IMG/VR virus record: IMGVR_UViG_3300045988_043972
Location: 1-64,000 of that record
DNA from: a virus
Reading direction: 5' to 3' (one strand)
DNA: 64,000 nucleotides
The notes under the pieces are model-generated. The model made no database searches. It was not told the origin of the DNA and worked only from the letters and a program-made list of their open reading frames with translations. Shown here one piece after another: positions 55,502 through 62,030 of the stretch. Positions within the stretch are counted from its first letter, which is position 1, and each line of letters opens with the position of its first letter. Position numbers and translations under genes: made by a program.

Positions 55502-55647
55502 AGAACTGTAAATATACCAAAACCCTAATACATATTATTATGTAATGGCTATTCAACGGCAATCTGTAAATCTACAGATAAAGGGAGAGAAGGATAGGGG
55601 TTATCTGTAGAATAAGAGATAGGAATATACAGAACAGTTCTTTTTTT
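55502..55647 (+). ncRNA. Small structured RNA or terminator-capped element
   Basis: AGAACTGT/ACAGTTCT (55502-09/55634-41) closes the element and is followed by T7. An inner 11-bp hairpin TCTACAGATAA/TTATCTGTAGA (55571-81/55601-11) has a purine-rich loop. Confidence 0.4.
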
Positions 55648-55673
55648 AATTCTAAAACCAAATTATCAAAAAT

Positions 55674-55950
55674 ATGGGACAAAAAAAGAATTCAAGCTAA
55701 TCTTTACAAAAGATATGGAAAAGAAGAAGCAGAAAAAAGAATTATTGCTCATCGAAAAAAAGCAGTAAAGAATTTTGCTAAAGAAATTCTTTATCTTCAG
55801 ATTATCGCTGAAAATAAAACAAAAAACCAAACTGCTTATGACAATCGTAAGCTTGTTAAGGCAGGAGAACGTGAATCATGTAAACAACGCAAGAGACGTC
55901 TTCGTAAAGAATATCTTGCGAAAAAAAGTGAGACACTTAGAGTTAATTAA
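55674..55950 (+). CDS. Basic helical protein ORF interrupted at an A7 run (about 91 aa if one A is skipped)
   Basis: ATG GGA CAA AAA AAG AAT TCA AGC TAA stops after 8 codons. The +1-shifted frame is open to TAA 55948-55950 but has no ATG of its own. The leader resembles the conserved motif. Confidence 0.45.
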
Positions 55951-55963
55951 TAATAGTATCAAT

Positions 55964-55983
55964 CTTTAAACATTATCAAAAAA
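55964..55983 (+). promoter_or_regulatory. Conserved leader motif copy 2
   Basis: ctttaaacattatcaaaaaa abuts ATG 55984. Confidence 0.45.
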
Positions 55984-56448
55984 ATGGCAAAAGAAGAAGT
56001 AAAAGTAGCTGATATTACAAAAGTATCAGCAGAGAACATTGAAGAAGTAATCAACAATGGCTCAACTGTAACAGAAGATGTTGCAAAAGCTGCTGCTGAA
56101 AAGATTGCAAAACAGCGTAAAGAGGAGCTCACGGAACGTCATATTGACGTAACTTTGAAGAGTGAGTATACTCGTCTTGCAACTTATTTGAGTATGAAAA
56201 AGACCGACAAGGAAAAAGAGGTCAAACTCAATTACTTGAAGAAGTTCTCTGAAAAAGATGACAAACTGCGTAACGGCGGCATCACTATTGAAGACTACCT
56301 GAAGGATTGTAAAGAGCTCTACAAAGAGGCTAACAATCTTCTTCGTGAAGTTGACAAATGGTATCAGGAACAGCAAAACAAATTGCTTAACCAGTACCCG
56401 AAAGCCCGTTATGATTGGAGATGGGATGGACAATTGTTGTCCCTTTAA
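55984..56448 (+). CDS. Hypothetical K/E-rich protein, 154 aa
   Basis: Track ORF. Confidence 0.65.
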   Translation: MAKEEVKVADITKVSAENIEEVINNGSTVTEDVAKAAAEKIAKQRKEELTERHIDVTLKSEYTRLATYLSMKKTDKEKEVKLNYLKKFSEKDDKLRNGGITIEDYLKDCKELYKEANNLLREVDKWYQEQQNKLLNQYPKARYDWRWDGQLLSL

Positions 56449-56820
56449 TTCTCCGCGCATAGTCCAGGTATAGTGTTTTAGCAGTAGAAAATACTGACTA
56501 TATAACCTAACTAGAGAAAGTAGCTAATAGGTGGTGATGACATTTTATGTGCTAAGTACCAGAAGATGCAGCTCATGCGTGAATTAACACGCATACAACA
56601 AGTGTAAGGCGTAGAAATACGACCGATGCCAGAGTAGGACAATATGACAACGTGCCACTGATCATGTGCCTAAGATCGTGAGGATGTATTAATAAATTGC
56701 GCAATATATAAATACAGATTCTATACTCAATGAGTATATTATGCAATAGCATTCTTATGATATCAAATCGGCATATTGGAATAGTGCGATGCTAGACATC
56801 ATGCCGTATAGAGGCTGAAA
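56449..56820 (+). ncRNA. ORF-free structured block C, 5' part
   Basis: No credible ORF, and it contains short inverted repeats. Shares the 11-mer CCAGAGTAGGA with block D (near 63124). Confidence 0.35.
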
Positions 56821-57199
56821 GGTATTCTATACTTCCAAGACAAGTTATCAAGGCATTAGAAAATAATTTAAAAAAGACCAAAGACTATGTAGGTTTGGTC
56901 GCCTACATAGTCACAATTGACTGTTAGGTCTATTTAAGCCCGAGCAAGACGAGCTTTCGCAGGCTCCACCTCCACTAATAAAGAAATATTAAAAAGGGGG
57001 TGTATATGTATTGATTGGCGGAAACTAAGTAGAATAGGTCAATAAGCAGATAACTGGCAATACAAGTTATGTAACAGACTATACACGTTTAGTAGCGTAA
57101 GATAGTCTAACGGCTAAGCTAATGTCGTAGAAAGCTGGAGGTATATCAGGCTAGATCAGACGTAAGGGCTGTTGGAGGGTTCGATTCCCTCTAATACCA
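56821..57199 (+). ncRNA. About 380-nt RNA whose ends form a tRNA-like acceptor/T-arm domain (tmRNA-like topology, not a canonical tRNA or tmRNA)
   Basis: T-arm GAGGG-TTCGATT-CCCTC (57175-91). TAATACC (57192-98) pairs with GGTATTC (56821-27), 6 of 7. TATACTTCCA (56828-37) pairs with TGGAGGTATA (57136-45), 10 bp including one G-U. Confidence 0.5.
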
Positions 57200-57235
57200 C
57201 AATTAAATTAAGTTTAATCAATAAATTAATTTGAA

Positions 57236-57514
57236 ATGGGATTAATGAACTTCATTAGGCAGAACTTACCAGAATCATGGGAGAAAGCTGCAACAGAACT
57301 GAAAATGAAGACAGAGTTAATAACTCGTCTACATGCAAATGTTCCCAGAATTTATAAGAATAAATATCATTATAAAGAGGGAATGAACTACATTCGTGGT
57401 GTATTTAGAGCATCTTGTGATATCATCTACTTAGTAGAAGCAACTGATATCGACAAGGAAAAATGGGAGTTATTGAATAACAAAATTAAAGAATACGAAT
57501 ATCAATGCGCGTAG
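57236..57514 (+). CDS. Hypothetical protein, 92 aa (stops at TAG)
   Basis: Track ORF. The stop is TAG 57512-57514. Confidence 0.6.
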   Translation: MGLMNFIRQNLPESWEKAATELKMKTELITRLHANVPRIYKNKYHYKEGMNYIRGVFRASCDIIYLVEATDIDKEKWELLNNKIKEYEYQCA

Positions 57515-57693
57515 TACCTTGGTGGGTTTGGTTTGACTCCAGACAAGAAGAAAGAGAGTTCAAGAAAATGTTGAACGAAAGCAAATCAGATATTGAAGCA
57601 ATAGGTAAAGTAATGGATAAATATCCACAACTAACCATGGATCAAGTATCTGGTATAGTAGATAACTTTAAAAAAGAAATCAATAAACCATGA
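57505..57693 (+). CDS. Hypothetical protein, 62 aa
   Basis: Track ORF overlapping both neighbours. Confidence 0.55.
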   Translation: MRVVPWWVWFDSRQEEREFKKMLNESKSDIEAIGKVMDKYPQLTMDQVSGIVDNFKKEINKP

Positions 57694-58160
57694 GACTAAA
57701 TGAACCAGGCGTATATCAAGTGGTTGGAAGTGATATCGAACTTCTAGCAATTGTTGTTGGTGAAACTCCTCATTTGAGGATAGTTTCTGCGATTATTATG
57801 AATGATGCTTTTCAAAAAGCAAAATTCAGAGAAGTAAAGGAAGAATCTCTTGAGATTCAAAGTATATATGCACATCCAGAGATGTATGTGTTTTATCCTT
57901 ATGAATCCTCAGATGTATGTCAACTACCTATAGAACTACGTTCTATGCGTGGTGCGAAGATGCCAAGCATTGATGATGCTATGTATCACACCTTTAAAGA
58001 AAGGTATAAAGTAGATACTTCTATTCCAGGTAGAGGTGCTATGAGTACTAAAGTATATATCATGAGTATGACAGGTTGGTCAGCTGCACAAGCACAACTT
58101 GTAATATGCAAGATAGCTAGAGAAATCAAAAAGGAAAATGGTATTATACAGTCTTACTAA
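57690..58160 (+). CDS. Hypothetical protein, 156 aa
   Basis: Track ORF. Confidence 0.65.
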   Translation: MRLNEPGVYQVVGSDIELLAIVVGETPHLRIVSAIIMNDAFQKAKFREVKEESLEIQSIYAHPEMYVFYPYESSDVCQLPIELRSMRGAKMPSIDDAMYHTFKERYKVDTSIPGRGAMSTKVYIMSMTGWSAAQAQLVICKIAREIKKENGIIQSY

Positions 58161-58494
58161 CAGAGTATATACTCCGTGGGGTAAACAATATCAATCATTT
58201 CATTGGAGAGCATCATGGTGGGTCTATACAAATTTAGAGAAAACTCATGAATCTGTTAGACACATAATATATTGGTTTGATACTAATATACTTCAAAGAA
58301 TTGGTAAAGATACTAAGTTTACTCTGGATGTCCGTATTAGAATAGTATGCGGAATGGTTAATAAACTCTCTTCAAATAGAATATCTATAGCTATGAAAAG
58401 AGAATTTATGGAATGTATTTGGGATGCTTATCAAAAGTTCTCAAAAGATTATATGGAGTATCACTGTAGATATGAACTAGGATTACCATTTTAA
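58138..58494 (+). CDS. Hypothetical protein, 118 aa
   Basis: Track ORF followed by the 10-bp hairpin GTTATAGGGC/GCCCTATAAC (58496-58523). Confidence 0.6.
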   Translation: MVLYSLTNRVYTPWGKQYQSFHWRASWWVYTNLEKTHESVRHIIYWFDTNILQRIGKDTKFTLDVRIRIVCGMVNKLSSNRISIAMKREFMECIWDAYQKFSKDYMEYHCRYELGLPF

Positions 58495-58648
58495 GGTTAT
58501 AGGGCTTTGATCGGCCCTATAACTACTAACGAGAGAGGTCAAGCAAAAAAGGATGAATAACAGTAGTCCACGTGCCAGATTAACTTTAGAGTTACTTCAA
58601 TAAAACAGTAATATATATGCACATACTCTAGCGATTACCTCTCACAAA

Positions 58649-59224
58649 ATGCCCGTAATTATGACAGATTTAGAAAAGCAACAGATTTTCGAACTGATCA
58701 AACAGGCAAAAGAAGGCAAACAATCTGCCTTCACAAAGCTTTATAATCGTTTTAGTAAGATTATTTATAATACAATTTATTATATTGTAAATAATAAAGA
58801 TGTAGCAGATGATTTATTATCTGTTACTTTTACTAAAGCTTTTAGTAAGCTAGATAGCTATGTAAACAATATCTCATTTGAGATGTGGTTGAAAACTATT
58901 GCAATAAATACTAGTATTGATTATATTCGACATACTAAAAAGGAAAAAGCGAACTATTGGATTGACGACGATGCCAACTCTCTACAGTTGAGTAACCAGG
59001 CCAGTTACTCACCTGAAGAAGATTTTATCTTCGCAGAGAAAAGTGATGCTCTAGATAATGCCTTGTCGCGGCTTCGTTGGAAGTATAAGAATATAATTGA
59101 ACTACGCTCTATACAAAATCTGTCTTACAAACAGATATCAGAGCAACTTGGACTCACAGAGTCTCAAGTAAAATCACGCCTTAACAAGGCAAGAGAAAAA
59201 TTAAAAGAATTATTAACAGATTAA
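58649..59224 (+). CDS. ECF-type sigma-70 family RNA polymerase sigma factor, 191 aa
   Basis: Region-2-like ..DLLSVTFTKAFSKLDSY..SFEMWLKTIAINTSIDYIRH. Region-4-like ..LRWKYKNIIELRSIQNLSYKQISEQLGLTESQVKSRLNKAREKLKELL. Confidence 0.85.
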   Translation: MPVIMTDLEKQQIFELIKQAKEGKQSAFTKLYNRFSKIIYNTIYYIVNNKDVADDLLSVTFTKAFSKLDSYVNNISFEMWLKTIAINTSIDYIRHTKKEKANYWIDDDANSLQLSNQASYSPEEDFIFAEKSDALDNALSRLRWKYKNIIELRSIQNLSYKQISEQLGLTESQVKSRLNKAREKLKELLTD

Positions 59225-59234
59225 TTTACTAATT

Positions 59235-59603
59235 ATGTCAGCAACATGGATTACTTTATTACTTCTAGCAGGAGTAATATTTGCGCGTGCAATGCGTTCC
59301 ACTAAGATGTGGTGGATATTTTTATTCACTATCATGGCTGGTTTATTAGTAGGTATGTTGAGTAAAGAGGCTGTAAAACATCTCGTAAAGAATGAAACTA
59401 CAGCTTCTATTACTCAGCTAATTAATACCGTAGACAATACGGATTTGAATTGCACACTACCAGTAGTTTTAGTGACAGAGACTACTAGCCAGTCTGGAGT
59501 AGTGAGTTACATTTCAAGTCCTTCAGTAGTATTGTCAGACGCATTAGTTAGTAATCATACTACTAAGGGCAGAGATTCACCAGCTTATGAGGATGATAGT
59601 TGA
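59235..59603 (+). CDS. Two-TM membrane protein, 122 aa (anti-sigma position)
   Basis: Track ORF starting 8 nt after the sigma gene. The anti-sigma role is inferred from position only. Confidence 0.6.
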   Translation: MSATWITLLLLAGVIFARAMRSTKMWWIFLFTIMAGLLVGMLSKEAVKHLVKNETTASITQLINTVDNTDLNCTLPVVLVTETTSQSGVVSYISSPSVVLSDALVSNHTTKGRDSPAYEDDS

Positions 59604-59643
59604 ACCTCAATAAACAATCTATCAGAATTCATTTATTTATTAA

Positions 59644-59664
59644 CAATTTAAAAACATTATCAAA
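59644..59664 (+). promoter_or_regulatory. Conserved leader motif copy 3
   Basis: caatttaaaaacattatcaaa abuts ATG 59665. Confidence 0.45.
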
Positions 59665-61143
59665 ATGGGAAATAAAAATAAAGCAGCTAAAGGAGCTGCA
59701 AGTACTGCAGCAAAACCTGCAGAAACAGCTAAAGCAGAAAACACTGCTAAAGTAACTAAAACAGAGAAGGAGAATGCTAATGCTCAGCAAGTAAAAGAGG
59801 AGAAAGTACAAACTCAGGCTAAAACAGAGAAACAGTCCACCCAAAAAGAGACTGCTAAGCCTAAGAAAGATAAGACTCCTACAGTTATTGCTGAAGAAGT
59901 ATCTCCAGAGGAAGCAGTAAAAACACTTGCTAAATCTATCGGCGCTCCTTCCGGTTCCTATGTAAGTTCCACAGATGCTAAAGCTATGCTTTCATTTGTT
60001 GGTCATCAACGTTTCACTAATAATGAAGAGTTGAAGAAGAACTTCCCGGAACAATACAACGCTATTAATCAAGCGATTAATGCAGTATGGTTCCTTGGAA
60101 TGCTTGGAGTACAACAGGAATTGGCTGGAATGCAAGCTGATGGTAAGCTTCAGTTAATTGTAGCACCAGAGCAAGTTATGCCGTTACAAGAAATGGCAGA
60201 AATGTTTGGTGTTAAATTAGCATCTCCAAAAGCTCTTCCTGGAGCAACTGACGGACAATTAGCAATTCCGTTCAGTGCTCAAGAAACAATAGTTCCTGAA
60301 GAACTAAAGGATTCAAAGTTGACAAAACTTGAAGTCCCGGAAACTGATATTGAAAAAGTAGGGTCAGATCATGAAAAGATCTGCAATGCTTTGGAATATC
60401 TGTTACGTAAGGATCGTAACATTGTAATTAGTTTAATTGACACCATAGAATGGTATCGTAAACTTTGTATCAATAACGCTACTTCTACTGATGAAAAGTT
60501 GAAGCTTGACAATCGTCAAATTGACGAATGGATCAATGAGATTTTCCATCTTGTACCTGTAGCAGGTCTAATGAAAGGAATTGGACGTGCAGTATATCTG
60601 TATACTAAGAAGGAGGGTTCGCCGGTAAGTGCTCATTGCATAGTTCACGGTGCTGTGCCTTCAGTTACAGAGGATGAAATAGTACGTATTGTTCGTACAT
60701 TCATTCAGGAAAATTTCCGATACAATCTTGAAGACAAGATTGATGTTAATGGTAATGTTATCAAAACCGAAAAGATTGAAAATCCGGTAGATGACAAAGC
60801 CATTCAAGCAACAATGGGAGTAATTGGTGTAGATTATGTTGATAAATTGATGCATGACTATACTTGTTCTGTTCCTGAAAATGCAACAGACGAACAGTTA
60901 GTAGAAATCAAAATGGCTCGAGACGGAGCTAGAAAGATTATTTCTCTAATTCGTGCAAATTACTATCCCGGAAAGATTCCTCCTACAAACGAACAGCTTC
61001 GATTTGCAATTGGTAAAATTATCAACGCTTATCGTTCGCCAATGGATCGAATTGCCGAATTTGAAGGCCCACTTCCTGTACTTGTAGGTGAATATCCAGA
61101 AACCAAGAAAGAAGAGGCTACAGCTGAAGAAAAAAAAAGCTAA
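59665..61143 (+). CDS. 492-aa protein with Lys/Ala/Glu-rich low-complexity N-terminus
   Basis: Track ORF. The first ~70 residues, e.g. AAKGAASTAAKPAETAKAENTAKVTKTEKE.., are histone-H1-like in composition. Confidence 0.7.
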   Translation: MGNKNKAAKGAASTAAKPAETAKAENTAKVTKTEKENANAQQVKEEKVQTQAKTEKQSTQKETAKPKKDKTPTVIAEEVSPEEAVKTLAKSIGAPSGSYVSSTDAKAMLSFVGHQRFTNNEELKKNFPEQYNAINQAINAVWFLGMLGVQQELAGMQADGKLQLIVAPEQVMPLQEMAEMFGVKLASPKALPGATDGQLAIPFSAQETIVPEELKDSKLTKLEVPETDIEKVGSDHEKICNALEYLLRKDRNIVISLIDTIEWYRKLCINNATSTDEKLKLDNRQIDEWINEIFHLVPVAGLMKGIGRAVYLYTKKEGSPVSAHCIVHGAVPSVTEDEIVRIVRTFIQENFRYNLEDKIDVNGNVIKTEKIENPVDDKAIQATMGVIGVDYVDKLMHDYTCSVPENATDEQLVEIKMARDGARKIISLIRANYYPGKIPPTNEQLRFAIGKIINAYRSPMDRIAEFEGPLPVLVGEYPETKKEEATAEEKKS

Positions 61144-61210
61144 GCCGGTTCCATAATTGGTGGAGTATTGTATATAAGTTTAAGAGACTGTTCACTAATT
61201 CGTAATCAAT

Positions 61211-61612
61211 ATGAATAGTAGAATCTTATCAGCTGTAGTTTTGTTTACGGCTAGCGTATTTGTTGGCTGGAACTTAATCAGTACAGTTGAACCCGTGCAG
61301 GCACAACCGCCTGTAGTACCTTCATATTTAGAGTTGATGTCTATGATGCACTCTAATAAGGAAGCAAAGTCTGTGAGTAAGGTAGATACTATAGAAGTAT
61401 CTTATGATGTTAATACTCAGGAAGTATCCGTAAAAGGAACAGCAGACGCCATTGTGAATGTAACAACCACTGGTGAATTAAAACCAGTAGTTAAGTGGAG
61501 AACTAAAGTAAAAGAAGTAAATACAGGATTTCCAAAGGTACGTAGTATAGCTAACCTACCAGAGGATGTAAAACCACTTTCTCCTTTTACTAAAGAATCT
61601 CAAAATGAGTAA
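61211..61612 (+). CDS. Secreted or membrane-anchored protein, 133 aa
   Basis: Track ORF with an N-terminal hydrophobic segment ILSAVVLFTASVFVGWNLI. Confidence 0.6.
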   Translation: MNSRILSAVVLFTASVFVGWNLISTVEPVQAQPPVVPSYLELMSMMHSNKEAKSVSKVDTIEVSYDVNTQEVSVKGTADAIVNVTTTGELKPVVKWRTKVKEVNTGFPKVRSIANLPEDVKPLSPFTKESQNE

Positions 61613-62030
61613 GAAGAATCTTATTATGCTTAATAGTATGATACGACTATCACGTATCATACGAAATAGCAAAGATGCTAGGCGTAATTTAGATTTGATA
61701 GTAGACCAAACTGGTTACTTTATAGTAGCTGGAGAGAGTTCTAATATGATACAAGTACAAGCAAAAGCTAGTATAAGTAACATCTTATTCGTAGAACAGT
61801 ACTTACGCTCGTCTGTAAGTAGTATATGTGTGCACTTGGATGGTTTTGATCCAGGATGTATGGATCCAATTGATTATATCAGTAGTAGTGATATAAAAAA
61901 TGGCATAGTTGATCTATGCAGGGGTAAGAAGGTGGTTGCAAACATCAACTTATCTTCTGGAGACATATTTCTTGTAAAACCAGAGTCAGAAATTGTAGGA
62001 GAAGATAAATCCTCAGCGGAAAAAAGTTAA
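61605..62030 (+). CDS. Hypothetical protein, 141 aa
   Basis: Track ORF overlapping the previous gene by 8 nt. Confidence 0.6.
   Translation: MSKKNLIMLNSMIRLSRIIRNSKDARRNLDLIVDQTGYFIVAGESSNMIQVQAKASISNILFVEQYLRSSVSSICVHLDGFDPGCMDPIDYISSSDIKNGIVDLCRGKKVVANINLSSGDIFLVKPESEIVGEDKSSAEKS

Noticed and set aside
57137-57199. Canonical tRNA (hoped-for TAG suppressor) ending in the perfect T-arm GAGGG-TTCGATT-CCCTC plus acceptor strand TAATACC-A
   Set aside because: No D-arm and no 5-7-5 anticodon stem-loop can be built from the 60-115 nt upstream. No CTA sits in an anticodon-loop context. The only good 5' acceptor partner is 370 nt upstream. It is reported instead as a tRNA-like domain of a larger RNA.
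56821-57199. Bona fide tmRNA
   Set aside because: The size, end-pairing and pseudoknot-like element fit. However the 3:70 pair is U:A rather than the G:U needed for alanylation. There is no spacer or D-loop analogue after the acceptor strand, and no Ala-initiated tag ending in a hydrophobic ..AA motif. I kept only the description 'tmRNA-like topology'.
51518-60855. Minus-strand track ORFs inside the plus-strand arm (51518..51769, 54451..54753, 55047..55292, 56062..56460, 59629..59844, 60661..60855)
   Set aside because: They are antisense to better-supported plus-strand genes. 55047..55292 is simply the reverse frame of the VR2 gene.
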